Assembly: GCA_000091205.1 (NCBI GenBank)
Contig: AP006490.2
From: Cyanidioschyzon merolae
Lineage: Eukaryota
Direction: 5' to 3' (one strand)
Length of the DNA stretch: 64,000 bases
Numbering within the stretch: position 1 is the stretch's first letter; every line of letters begins with the position of its first letter. Both the position numbers and the translations under genes were made by a program. Below the pieces are notes generated by a model. It had not been told where the DNA came from and made no database searches. It worked only from the letters and a program-made list of their open reading frames with translations. Shown here piece by piece: positions 21,649 to 32,857 of this stretch.

Positions 21649-21784
21649 CGGACACGGCAGTAGGACGTAAGAAACGACCAGAATATCCGAGAAGAAGTAT
21701 AGGTAATGTAACTTGGAGGTAGGGTGTTTGATGAATACTTCACCGTGCACTGAAAAAAACACAAAAAGAAAGGTAAAAGCGCGC
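21649..21784 (+). repeat. dispersed about 138-bp element, copy B (about 85% identical to the reverse complement of 49070-49207)
   Basis: Hand alignment: the rc of this segment (gcgcgcttttacctttctttttgtgtttttttcagtgcacggtgaagtattcatcaaacaccc...ttacattacctatacttcttctcggatattctggtcgtttcttacgtcctactgccgtgtcc) aligns end-to-end with 49070-49207. Contains TATATA-like tataggtaatg. Lies 262 bp upstream of the IMPase ATG. Confidence 0.8.
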
Positions 21785-22045
21785 AGTCGGAGAATACTAG
21801 CCAAAGTAAACGTTCTGTCAATAAAAAAACTAGCCGCAGCGGTCTGCGCTGATCACACATTTCCTATTGCCGCTGGTGCCGCTGGTGCCGCTGCTGGTGC
21901 CGCGAGAAGATTGCGCTGTTGTCTCTATATCCTTGACCACGTTCTCGTTCGTAGAATCCGCTTACGCTTCGTGCTCCGGGGGTTCTCTCATCAGGTTTCA
22001 CTTGGAAAGCGACTCTGGGCGAATCGCTTCGGGAGCAGAGCCTGA

Positions 22046-23137
22046 ATGGGTATCACGGAACAGTTGGACGAGACGGTGTCGAAGACCGAGACAAGCGGCG
22101 TGCTTCCCTCGGTGAGCGCCGTTGCCGAACTCGTAGCCGGGTGGTTTGGTTTCGATGAGGTGCAGGATCAGGATCTATACAGCGAGACGATTGCGGCTGC
22201 TGTTGCGGTGGTCGCAGGAGGCCTGATCCTCAAAGCAGCGTGGAACCAGCTGCACTGTCCACAGGCGCTGTATGCGGATAGCAGTAGCGCGCCTGCTGGA
22301 AGCAAGTCTCAGGTGCTCGTTGCTACCAAGACGAGCTCTGCTGACATTGTCACCAGTGTAGATCGTCAGATAGAAAGTGAGATTCGACGGATCCTGGTAC
22401 CAGCGTTTCCAGGCTATGCCTTTATCGGGGAAGAGTCCGCGTACGTCTCCAGCACAGTGACGATGAACGCCGCAAAAACGGGTGCACCAGCGTGGATGGT
22501 TGACCCCCTGGATGGTACGACCAATTTCGTGTCAGGTGTACCCCATATTTGCACCTCTGTGGCGTTACTCCGGGAAAGACACGTAGTTCTCGGGGCCGTC
22601 TACAATCCGCTCACAGATGATTTATGGGTAGCAGTACGCAACCGTGGTGCCTTTCTCAACGGTAGGCGCTTGTATTGTCAGCGCCATGTTCCCCTGTCGG
22701 ATGCGGTTGTTGTGACAGAGTTTGGGTATGAGCGCAGCGCCGAGGGCGCCCGGCGTATGTGCGCTGTGGTTGAGCGGCTGCTCTGTGAGCGCGTTCGAGC
22801 GATTCGCATGCTCGGTTCGGGTATCTTGGATTTGCTGTTTACAGCGCAAGGTGTCGTACATGTGGTGTACGCGGGAATTGCCGGCGAGGGCTGGCAACCC
22901 TGGGACTACGCTGCTGGTGTTCTGATTGCCAAAGAGGCCGGCTGTGTTGTCGCGTCACTCGAGTCACCACCTGGGATGACTTGTGACGGCGAGTTCCTGT
23001 CGCGCTGTGCCCATGACTTTGACATTTTCGGCCAGAGCATCCTGTGCGCATCCAGCCGTGATCTCGCCCTCGAGGTGCACCACGTCATTCGGGAAGCCTG
23101 CGATCGCGTCTCAGAAAAGCATCCGGCCGATGCATGA
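22046..23137 (+). CDS. inositol monophosphatase (IMPase/SuhB family), 363 aa with about 90-aa N-terminal extension
   Basis: ATG at 22046. TSVDRQIESEIRRILVPAFPGYAFIGEES, WMVDPLDGTTNFVSGVPHICTSVAL (the DPLDGT metal-binding motif) and the C-terminal WDYAAG motif are classic IMPase signatures. Confidence 0.85.
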   Translation: MGITEQLDETVSKTETSGVLPSVSAVAELVAGWFGFDEVQDQDLYSETIAAAVAVVAGGLILKAAWNQLHCPQALYADSSSAPAGSKSQVLVATKTSSADIVTSVDRQIESEIRRILVPAFPGYAFIGEESAYVSSTVTMNAAKTGAPAWMVDPLDGTTNFVSGVPHICTSVALLRERHVVLGAVYNPLTDDLWVAVRNRGAFLNGRRLYCQRHVPLSDAVVVTEFGYERSAEGARRMCAVVERLLCERVRAIRMLGSGILDLLFTAQGVVHVVYAGIAGEGWQPWDYAAGVLIAKEAGCVVASLESPPGMTCDGEFLSRCAHDFDIFGQSILCASSRDLALEVHHVIREACDRVSEKHPADA

Positions 23138-24290
23138 GACGCGGAGCAGAGATCGCGTTCGCTGTCTACGCTAAACTGCCTGTGAAGGTGTTGCCTATAG
23201 TGGTGCCGCTAACGCGTTCTGGGAATTTTCTCGTTGCGTGCGAGGAGCCGCACCTCTGATGCGGATGTCGCAGCGTTTGTCTACGGAACAACTCGGGGAC
23301 CTCTAACCAGCCACCAAACGGCACGCTTACGCTGGGCGATCGGTGGTACCCGTTTTGACTGAAGGCCGGTTATGCATCCGCGCGCGTTCACGCTTACGCA
23401 GTCTGCAACCAGCACAACAGTTCAGTTTCGATCATTGAAGTAGATGTATTGACATGGTGGGAGGCTTTTGGTGTGATGCCGCTCGTTCAAGCACCAGGGC
23501 GATCTTCGAATGCGCTGGGCTGGATTCGGGATACGGGATCTCTGAGTGAACGGCTGCGGCATGGGTGTCCGCTGACGGCAACGGCGTCCACGGCATCCAG
23601 GCATGGATTCCCTGCCTGCCCCAGTGAAGAGCCGTGAGCGTCTCGACGCACGTTTGATTACGATGCCGCTGTTCGCGAGCGCGGTACCAGGACCCGCCAA
23701 CAGCCTGTATGCGTCCGGCGATGATCGTGTACGCGATATGCATAAGAGCAACTTTGTGCAGGAAACGCTCGACGGAGCTGCGGAGTCGGCGACGCAAGCG
23801 CACATCGCGTCTGAATGACGGACCTTGTTGGTTCTGGGTGACAGCGTCGCGAGCAGCACCTCGTCCTGGTTTTCACATCCGAAAAAGCAAGTTGCGCCCG
23901 TCATACCTCCGGTACAGGAGGTACTGCCCATGAACTTGGGCATGTCGTCGCATGCACATAAAACGACTTGCTGGCCTTGGTCTGATGACGTTGGAACTTG
24001 ATACCCGGCGATGACGCTGCGATGTGCGGATACGCGTTCTGCTGCTCGCTGCTGCGTTCCCAGGTCATCATACAGGAAAAGCGACGGGATTCCTGCACAC
24101 AACAAAATGGATGCATTGCCTTGGACATGAGCGATTTTTCAACAACGTGGCATAGTAGCGGAGACGAGCAGCATTTCGGAATCTCCCGCTTTCAAGCTGC
24201 CTTGGCTCTCTGGGACATCTCGCGGACGCCCGCAACTATCCATGCAAGGTCTGCGATTCGCCTGGCCGACGAATAAGCTTTACGCATGCG

Positions 24291-25832
24291 TTATCGTATC
24301 CAAGTGTAGCCGATGAAGATGGCAAGCGTGACGAAAACGGTACAGATCAACCACCCGCTCCCAGCTGGGATGCGCGAAACGGGTATGTATGCTAGTGGCG
24401 TCACGCCTTCTCCATCAATCAACGGTTTCGCTATATTAAACGCTGTACAAAACAGGTCCCACGCTTTGGCGAGCCGGGCCGGTGTGGGAACAGGGAGCAG
24501 CACGCGGCCACATCCGAAAACAGCCACCGCAAAGAAGTGCGCAACGAGGAGCGATGGTGACGGCTCCAGTCCGCCCAGCATTCGAATGGGATCCGCTGCA
24601 CAACGCCCGCCTAGCTGCAGATAGTCCAAAAAAGCATGCCGCATATCCTTGCGCGCTCGCTCGGGAGATCCACACAGTATGCCGTACAGAGCATTTGCCA
24701 GAATGTTGATGGTAGCGCTAAGCGGCCTTCGGTTACGATAGAACAATTCCAGATGGAATCGCAGAGCTTCATCATCATGCAGATCGGGAATCAGACGCAA
24801 GAAGCGTCGGATAAGCGCAACATCGGAGAGCGCGACCGTCATGCCCCCTCCCGTCAAAGGGTGACGCATATTAAACGAGTCACCGAGAAGAATAGCGCCC
24901 TTTAGCGCCAGCGGACGCGCCGGCATCACGCGATTGGGCATCGAGCGAAAGTCCTCCTTGGCAACAGCCGTAAGAAACGGGTGCTGCAGCGGCTCCGGAA
25001 TCTGCGGGCCGATGACTTGTTCCATATAAGTCCGTAAATCCATTTGACGACCATTGGCATCGAGCGGCAACTTGCCACCGGGTACGTCCACAAGGCAGCG
25101 CACCTCCGAGCTCGAAATCGGATAAAACAGCACAGGGGCACGATCCGTGAGCACAACGTGACCATGACCGGGAAACGGCAGCGAGCATTCCGTCAAAATC
25201 AGGCCCACAAAGTTCGACGGGACTTGATGCTGCGCCGACGGTAACGCTTGCTTACGTAGACGAGACGCACATCCGTCACACGCAATAGTGAGCGCAGCGT
25301 ACGCGACCCGCTGCTCCGTGCTCGACGTACCAGCGCGGTACACAACGCCAACCACGCGAGGCGGCCGCTGCCCCGGCCGTGCGTCAAAAAGCAGCTCTGT
25401 CACCACGCCCTCAACGAGCTCACAATTGGGCTCGGCCTGCGCAAGCTCACGCAAGCGTCTAACGAAACGCCCGTTATGGAACGAGCGCCCCAGTAACAAC
25501 GGTTGCTCAGCGGCCTTGGCGTTCTTCGGCTCCCTGCACGCTTCATTGTACTCTATACAGGAACGCCGACCCTCAAGAAACAAACCGTAACCGAACACTT
25601 GTTGCGCATCAATTCCTTCCAGTGCTGCTTCGAGACCCAGGTCTCGGAGCTTTGCGCAGCCTCCCGGCTGCAGCAGTTCACCAACAATGCGGTCTGGTTC
25701 ACGCAAGTCGCGCTCGATAGCCAGAACTCGACGCCCATCACGCGCCAGAACTGTCGCTAGTGCTGCCCCAGCGACACCAGCTCCAACAATAATGACGTCG
25801 TGTTCATTCCGAGGTATCTGTGTGTCGGTCAT
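24291..25832 (-). CDS. ERG1: squalene monooxygenase (squalene epoxidase), 514 aa
   Basis: N-terminal FAD fold DVIIVGAGVAGAALA. ERG1/SQLE signature RIVGELLQPGG. C-terminal hydrophobic anchor LICTVFVTLAIFIGY. Track start 25862 is TTG; first ATG at 25832 (MTDTQIPRNEHDVIIVGAG). Confidence 0.9.
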   Translation of the reverse strand: MTDTQIPRNEHDVIIVGAGVAGAALATVLARDGRRVLAIERDLREPDRIVGELLQPGGCAKLRDLGLEAALEGIDAQQVFGYGLFLEGRRSCIEYNEACREPKNAKAAEQPLLLGRSFHNGRFVRRLRELAQAEPNCELVEGVVTELLFDARPGQRPPRVVGVVYRAGTSSTEQRVAYAALTIACDGCASRLRKQALPSAQHQVPSNFVGLILTECSLPFPGHGHVVLTDRAPVLFYPISSSEVRCLVDVPGGKLPLDANGRQMDLRTYMEQVIGPQIPEPLQHPFLTAVAKEDFRSMPNRVMPARPLALKGAILLGDSFNMRHPLTGGGMTVALSDVALIRRFLRLIPDLHDDEALRFHLELFYRNRRPLSATINILANALYGILCGSPERARKDMRHAFLDYLQLGGRCAADPIRMLGGLEPSPSLLVAHFFAVAVFGCGRVLLPVPTPARLAKAWDLFCTAFNIAKPLIDGEGVTPLAYIPVSRIPAGSGWLICTVFVTLAIFIGYTWIR

Positions 25833-26004
25833 GAACAGGAGCGCGTTCACTGTGGACCTCAAGGAGCGCCTCAGTAAGCAACCTCTGTCCTACGTTCATC
25901 GCCGCTCGGTAGCGCTCGTCGACGTCGTGGCGCGCTGGACACGTCGCACTTCCGCTGGCCGATCGCGGGCGACATCCGTGGCGCAGCGCACGCATTGCGT
26001 ATGG

Positions 26005-26772
26005 TGCGTGTTGATCTTCGATTTTCGTCTGATGGAACGTTTATGGATGGTGCAGGGATACCAGCTTCCTTGATGGATATTCGTGCTTGGCGTTGCGTCT
26101 AATCGTTCGTCTTCACTCTGCCTTCAAGTTCCATGATTGATACATATCCACTGGGTGTACAGAGAGACAGTCGATTTTCGTCTGATGGAACGTTTATAGA
26201 TGGTGCAGGGATACCAGCTTCCTTGACGGATATTCGTGCTTGGCGTGGCGTCTAATCGTTCGTCTTCACTCTACCTTCAAGTTGCATGATTGATACATAT
26301 CCACTCGGTGTACAGAGAGACAGTCGATTTTCGTCGGATGGAACGTTTATAGATGGTGCAGGGATACCAGCTTCCTTGATGGATATTCGTGCTTGGCGTG
26401 GCGTCTAATCGTTCGTCTTCACTCTACCTTCAAGTTCCATGATTGATACATTTCCACTGGGTGTACAGAGAGACAGTCGATTTTCGTCTGATGGAACGTT
26501 TATGGATGGTGCAGGGATACCAGCTTCCTTGATGGATATTCGTGCTTGGCGTGGCGTCTAATCGTTCGTCTTCACTCTACCTTCAAGTTCCATGATTGAT
26601 ACATATCCACTGGGTGTACAGAGAGACAGTCGATTTTCGTCTGATGGAACGTTTATGGATGGTGCAGGGATACCAGCTTCCTTGACGGATATTCGTGCTT
26701 GGTGTGGCGTCTAATCGTTCGTCTTCACTCTACCTTCAAGTTCCATGATTGATACATTTCCACTGGGTGTAT
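26005..26772. repeat. tandem minisatellite, 153-bp unit x 5, in the 5' region of the squalene epoxidase gene
   Basis: gattttcg recurs at 26020, 26173, 26326, 26479 and 26632, an exact 153-bp period. The array begins about 175 bp upstream of the ERG1-like ATG (25832, minus strand). The overlapping plus ORF 25687-26073 is an artefact. Confidence 0.9.
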
Positions 26773-28112
26773 TGCTCATTCTCCACTTCCTATCGTGCGC
26801 CAAGCCCGCACTAAGTGTCCACGATATCACCATAGCGCCGGTTCGGATGCAACACGAATACTGGACGGCTTTGGCACAGCACTAGGGGCCCGCGGCGCGA
26901 GGCGGCATTCTCAAGGTGATGTCGAGGTCGTCAGTGCGAGCCGATCGAGGCGCACGAGCCCTGCACACGTGTCCATGTTGAAGCACCGATCGTACGCAGG
27001 CGAGCGTCCGTGCGAGCATACGCTTCTTAGCGCCTCTATGACAGCACTCAGGCAGCCTGCCAATGAGTTCAACAACGCGCAGATGCTATGCGAACTGCCC
27101 GTACAACCGGTAGGAACTGGTAAAAAAGGTTCGTCTTGGTCATGCAATGCAAACGCGTGAGCGCACTGAAAGGCAGGTTTTCGTTCCGCATCGCAGCATG
27201 CTGGGCAGTCTGAAACGGAGGCTACAAATGCCAGGATTCCATACGTGCCGTCAGTAGATCTGCATTCAGAGCGCGTCATCCACGGCAGCGTGTTCTTTCT
27301 GTTGCTTCTGGAGCGCGAACGGGCGTGTCAGCGTGATCAACGCCTAGGTGTCTTGGTTTCCCGGTCTGGCGCTTGTTCCGGGGAACGAAGCACGAGGAAA
27401 CGCCCACAGTATCGAGTGCCTGCGCAGGATACATGCGCGTACCCTTTACAAACGACAATGTTTCCCATTTCGCTGTGCATAAACGCAACACCATCTTCAA
27501 CCGATGCGGATCCACACGGGTCGCAGTGCGCTTTCGGCGATGATGGATATGCAGGGGATCCTCGCACTGACCGGTTTCTTCTGGCCAGGATTGGGTACAG
27601 CATTGAACCGCATGCTCGCCGCCATGCAGGCCTATGCGCGACACGTCGATGACCACACTAGACGTTGTCCACGAGCGGCTCCGGCGTACGGAGGCGGCTA
27701 CGCAGTCACGGAGCCAGGCTATGCCGCGGATCGCAGTTTACTGTTCCGTGGCTTTCAAGCCATCCTCGCGTCCATAAGCACCATTTTGCAACAGGAAATA
27801 GGAGACTGATGCCAGGTTCCAGCGTACTGGACGCGGTATCCACGCCCTACCCAAATAGCCGCTTTTCCGAACGCCTCTGTCCCGTCGCAGTACGGGCTTT
27901 CGATGCCACCTCAGACTGCTTGTTATTTTTCTTGCACCTGGATCCTGTAGTGCACAAGCCACTGCGTCATTGCAAACGAATGCAGGCGAACGTAGTGCCG
28001 CTCAGCTGGCATCGCGTCGTCAGCGGGCACAGGCGTACCGCTGCGGCGGTTTGTCCGAACGTTGTCACCGCACGAAGGGCATCGCTGTAGGCAGGGCGCC
28101 TCTGACGTTCAT

Positions 28113-29114
28113 TCAGAAGAACGCATCCCATATGGCAAACACAACTTCAACTGCCAGCAGCAACAAAATCATTCGTTCAATACGACTGTTGATGCGGAAC
28201 TCGATTTGCGAGTTCATGAGCACTAGCCCATCGCGAAGCGTTGCAAGATCAGGCTCGAGGTACGCTAAGCGCTCGCGCGCGTGAAAAACTTGCGCATCAA
28301 GTTGCTCAAAAGTGCTGCCTCGCGAGCGCCCGCGGTCCGACATCCACCCTGAACGGTATACCGCGCTCTGCTGTTTAATGAGCTCCGTTCGGGCAAAGAG
28401 CAATGCTCCAAGACTGCGCACAACATCCGGTTCACGCGAGAGAATCGTCACATCGCCACCGCGTGCCATCTGTGACGCTACTGACCGCAGGACATCGGTG
28501 AGTGCATCCACCGTCTGGAAAAAACTCCGGCACTTCATGTAATAAATAAGTGCATCGAGGGCTTCGTCCAGATATCCATCGTGATGCTCTGATATTCGGA
28601 GTTGCACTCGCCGCACCCAGGGCTCTTCAATAGCATAACTGCTTGCGCTGCCGTACAAACCGGACTCGGTGGTTGCCAGGTGTTGTCGCAACGCCGCAAG
28701 CACCGCCTCGCTTGGGGCAAGTGCTTGCATGGTGGCAACACATGCAACGCCCTGCGGACACTTTCCGATGCGTTGCGCAGTTGCTCCTGGCAGTGCCGGT
28801 AGATTGATCCTTGACTGAGGTTCGTCACGCAGCTGCTCAGCACTCTCGTCCCCAAAAGCTATGAGAATCAGGTCAACCGTACTGGAGCCGCTCAACGACT
28901 GTGCGACTGCGTTTTCCAACTGTGCAGCACATGCCCGCACTTGACAACGTCGGCGGCAGTACGTCGCTCGAGCGAGTCCGGACTGCAGGGCTCCATCACC
29001 AGCTCTCGGACACAGAGACTCGGCGCGTTCCAGTCCCCAGGGTGAACACCACGGCGTTCGTGCAGCAGACGTGCAGCCGTGCCTCCGCTTTACCGCCCAG
29101 GTGGTGCACCACAT
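28113..29114 (-). CDS. DUF155 / RMD1-family (RMND1-like) protein, 333 aa, C-terminal transmembrane helix
   Basis: Genuine ATG at 29114. Its C-terminal hydrophobic helix (...ERMILLLLAVEVVFAIWDAFF) and coiled-coil region upstream are consistent with the Rmd1/Rmd8/YagE DUF155 family; the family assignment is from memory, not a search. Confidence 0.45.
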   Translation of the reverse strand: MWCTTWAVKRRHGCTSAARTPWCSPWGLERAESLCPRAGDGALQSGLARATYCRRRCQVRACAAQLENAVAQSLSGSSTVDLILIAFGDESAEQLRDEPQSRINLPALPGATAQRIGKCPQGVACVATMQALAPSEAVLAALRQHLATTESGLYGSASSYAIEEPWVRRVQLRISEHHDGYLDEALDALIYYMKCRSFFQTVDALTDVLRSVASQMARGGDVTILSREPDVVRSLGALLFARTELIKQQSAVYRSGWMSDRGRSRGSTFEQLDAQVFHARERLAYLEPDLATLRDGLVLMNSQIEFRINSRIERMILLLLAVEVVFAIWDAFF

Positions 29115-30310
29115 GAACGCGAAGCTCCAGACACCGAGTAACAGTTGAACGGCGGCACTCCGAGAGCGAACCTACAAGCCCACTGGCTTGTGGAAGTTGA
29201 ATGAGACGCTGCTGCGTACAGCGGGCCCTCGGTGAACAAACTGTCAGGCTTTAACGTCAGGTCAACTGGAATGCAGTTGCGCTTGATCTGCTCGGCTGGG
29301 GGGCCGTCCAGCGGGGAGCGTGTGAGAAATGTGGGTGTTTCTTCAGCAGAACTGGGCAAGCTTCGACGTTTCTTCGTCGGGAAGAGTGTCAACTCTGCTG
29401 GGTGCATGTGGTGCACGTCCGAACAAGTGGCGCTAATGCTGCGTGTCGAATGAATTCGGCTTTGAGGCCTCCAGCAGCGCTCTGTTTGTTGTTGTTGTTG
29501 TTGCTGCTCACTGTCTGGTTGGTGCCGACGTTCCCGTGCGAGCAGGACGAGTCGCTTGTCCGAAGACTTGGGTACGTGACAGAAAACGATTGATGCAAGG
29601 GCGAAAACTCGGTGTCTGTTCATTGAGAGCAGGCGCTGGTATCCTTTGGACGAATACTTGGAAGCGGAGACACGTTTTCTCCATATTTACGGTTGGACAC
29701 GGGCTTCGGTACCCACTAGGTTCGGGTGTCGACGTTGCCGGCCTTTCGTGTCTACACCTTGAACCTGCGCCCTGAGGTCAGCTGCTGGTGACACAAAGCC
29801 GCGACTACGCTCTGACATGTTTCCCGGAACTGACCATGAGTAGTACTGGTCGGATAGCGTCTCCGCTATGGATACAGCACACTTTGCAGTGACCCAGTTC
29901 GTCCGCAAGCACCTTATCAGTGCACGATGAAGCGATGTATGCTGAAAGCAGCGTCGAACGAGGATCATAGTTTGAACGACCTCTCCAGATACTTTAAAGA
30001 TGCTCCAGTTTGCTCCACAGCAAACACTGCACGGAATCTGCTGCGCTCTATCGCCGCGGAAAGGAACGCTTGCGGATCGTTCGAACTCGCAAATCTGTGC
30101 ATGTGGTGCTCTGTTCATGTCAGTACGCATGGGCTCGCTGCACTTGACGCACTGGAGCGAGACTTTGGAACCCGCACGACTCGTGAACTCGGGCTCATCT
30201 TGTCGGAAATGCGAACGAATGACCGCGCAGCTCGGAGGCGAAACGCCCTTTCACGTAACACGTAGACAACATGTCATCAACATGGGTACTGCGCACACGT
30301 ACTCCCCAAA

Positions 30311-30420
30311 CATGCTAGACACGGTATGGTAGGTCACTTCAGCGTCCATCGCATGAAACTTGCAACAAACATGCTAGACACTGTATAGTAGGTCACTTCA
30401 GCGTCCATCGCATGATACAC
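30311..30420. repeat. direct duplication, about 57 bp x 2
   Basis: catgctagacacggtatggtaggtcacttcagcgtccatcgcatgaaacttgcaacaaa followed by catgctagacactgtatagtaggtcacttcagcgtccatcgcatgatacaca. Confidence 0.8.
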
Positions 30421-30973
30421 ACGATGCCTCACAAAGCGCAGTCCAGGTACTTTGCCAGCGCAGTGCACCAAATCCGCGTCAAACCTGCAACCTCAGACGC
30501 TAGAATTCAAATGAAACTCTACGAGACGCCTTTTTTCAAATCAAACATATCCGTATTCGCGTACCACAGCGAGCACGGGGAGCGAAGCACAACCGAAGCA
30601 GACTGCACAGCACCAGGTATGGACGTGAGACATCACCGGTCCCGCAGCACCTCCACAGTCGCGAGCGTTCAAGAACAAGCTCAGGGAAACCGCAGCGTTC
30701 GTGCTTCCACGAACGTAACCTTGGATTCCTCACTCATCAACTTTAGCGATGCCCGTTGTGCCGCACGCGTAACAGCATACGCGCTCTGGTGGTCGCTCAT
30801 GCGCTCGGCTGTCGCCCGATACTTTTCATTCCATACACGCGCGCATATGTCTGCCAACGTATCCGCGTCGATACAGGCGCCTCGTGTTGCACGCCCGTCA
30901 CGATAGCTCATACACACACACACACGAGGCGTCTGCGTACCAGCACACGGGGTATCCGACGCACACAGCGCTT

Positions 30974-32074
30974 CTATAGCGTCGTTACCGAAACAGCCAG
31001 TGCAGTTACCGCGAGTTTGTGACCCTCGTACGTACGAATGACAGAGCCGCTTGACAGGTCCCAGAGGCACGCTCGGCGATCGCTTGAACAGCTGAAAAGA
31101 AACTCGCTGTTATCGGAAAACACCAGATCCCATGCCCATTTCTGGTGGCGTCCCAGCACCTGCGTCTGCTGCCAAGTGGCACCGACGCTCCGCTGTACGC
31201 CCCAGAGTCGGATGAAACCAGAGTCCAGGGCCATGGCCAACATTTTTCCATTTGGACTGAAGCTCGACTGGAGCACGTACCTGGTGTGTGCACTCCAAGT
31301 CGTTGAGGGTTGAAAGTCGACCGGTTCAGTGGCTGGTGTCCCAGGTCGCTGAACAACTCGCTGTCGGCTCGGGCTGCGGTTCCAGTGCTGCATTTCGGTG
31401 AGGTCACTATCTGAGCGGGTGAGTGGTATCGGTGAAGCGTCACGCAAGCGCTCGAGCTCGTAAAACTCCGCGTCTGCTTCGCCGGTGCCGGTACCGGCTT
31501 GGCATACACGCCATACATAGCAGGCGCCTTCATGGTTACAGACCGACAGCAGACTACCGTCAGCAGCGAGGGCCATGGTACTAATCGGGACGTCGTCCTG
31601 TGGCTTCAGTTCACGATTCAGACGATTCGCGATCAGATCCCATGTGCGTACAGTCCCCTGGCAGTCAGCGGATATCAGCTCCCTTTGCGATGGATGCAGA
31701 CACACCGCCGTGACCCCAGCGCGGTTACAGAATACGTGTGAACGCTTCCCTGACCGCGGATCCCAGGTGCAAATGGTACCATCTTCAGACCCTGAATAGA
31801 GCCAGCTTCCAAAAGCCTCGTACCCGACACTGACAACGTTGCCGCGATGTCCCTCTAAGCCAATGACTGGGCTAGCTACGTTGTTCAGGGCGTCGAAAAC
31901 CACGATCCGCGGGTTTGCAGCCACTGCAAGGAAGACCTTGTCTGGTGAAAACACCAGTCGGTTGATGTGAGACTCGGGAAACTGAATCGTGCGGAAGCAA
32001 ACACCACTGGCAGCCTCCCAGAATCGCACAGTATGATCGTAACCCCCGGTTGCGAGGATGACTTTCTTGGACAT
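30974..32074 (-). CDS. LST8: TOR-complex subunit LST8 (G-beta-like WD40 protein), 366 aa
   Basis: ATG at 32074. [31 protein letters not shown] matches the LST8 N-terminus ([22 protein letters not shown] in human). WD repeats run throughout. The C-terminus [25 protein letters not shown] parallels the human end. About 45 aa lineage-specific insertion ([19 protein letters not shown]...). Confidence 0.9.
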   Translation of the reverse strand: [366 protein letters not shown]

Positions 32075-32857
32075 CAGTTCGTAGGCTCCGTCTACGGGCC
32101 CTTTGACTCGCTTCCGGGGTAAGTCCAGCTCTCTGTAAGCGTTCCAGCGAAAAAATATACGTAGCTTGCGAGGCTCGTCCCAAACGATCGACCCCGAAGA
32201 CTACGTTGCTTCGTTCAAAAGCATACTTCGGTGGTTATCCAGCCCCTTTAGCTGTGTGTGTGTAGTATGTTTGAACGTCGCAACGCCTCGGCAGGTATGC
32301 ACCAGGAAAAGACGAGCAACGGAAACGCTTCGTTGTATGGGACCGTGCGGATGCTGCAATGTGCACATCGGCGCTCTCTTCCGAACACTCATCTCTGGAT
32401 GGAATAGAACGGTTTTGTCTGACGGACTTGATTGCGTACAGTAAAGTTTGGGTGCTTTCCCGCTATGATCAGCACGGGCCTTTTCTTGTTTTTCGTGCTG
32501 CAACTTCTTTTTCCTCCATCGTTGGTCCGGTTTTCGAGTACGCTGGTCTCTTGTTCTCCTGCAGCAACGTTGACAGCTGTCCAAGCAGGATGATAGCAGC
32601 GCGCAAGTATCGATTTCAGTATTTCCAGCTGTTGTCTACACATTTCATGCACAGGCAAACAAAAAATTCGCGGTGTACGCTTCACTTGCCATAAGCATGA
32701 TCCTACTGGTATAGAACTCGTGTGCGCCCTTCGCAGTGGTGACACCTGGTCGTTGTCCGGTGTCACTTTACATTGGTGGTACCTCGGCTTCGGACGGCTG
32801 CCTTGTGGAGCGTAAACGCTTGCTCCCGAAGGATAGAGAAGTCTCGATCCGACACAT

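Noticed and set aside
21700-21760. C/D-box snoRNA hypothesis for the dispersed 138-bp element (TGATGA ... CTGA about 20 nt apart)
   Set aside because: The boxes are too close together for a canonical C/D snoRNA. Copy A has GATGGA instead of TGATGA. No terminal stem is evident. Retained only as a generic possible-ncRNA remark.
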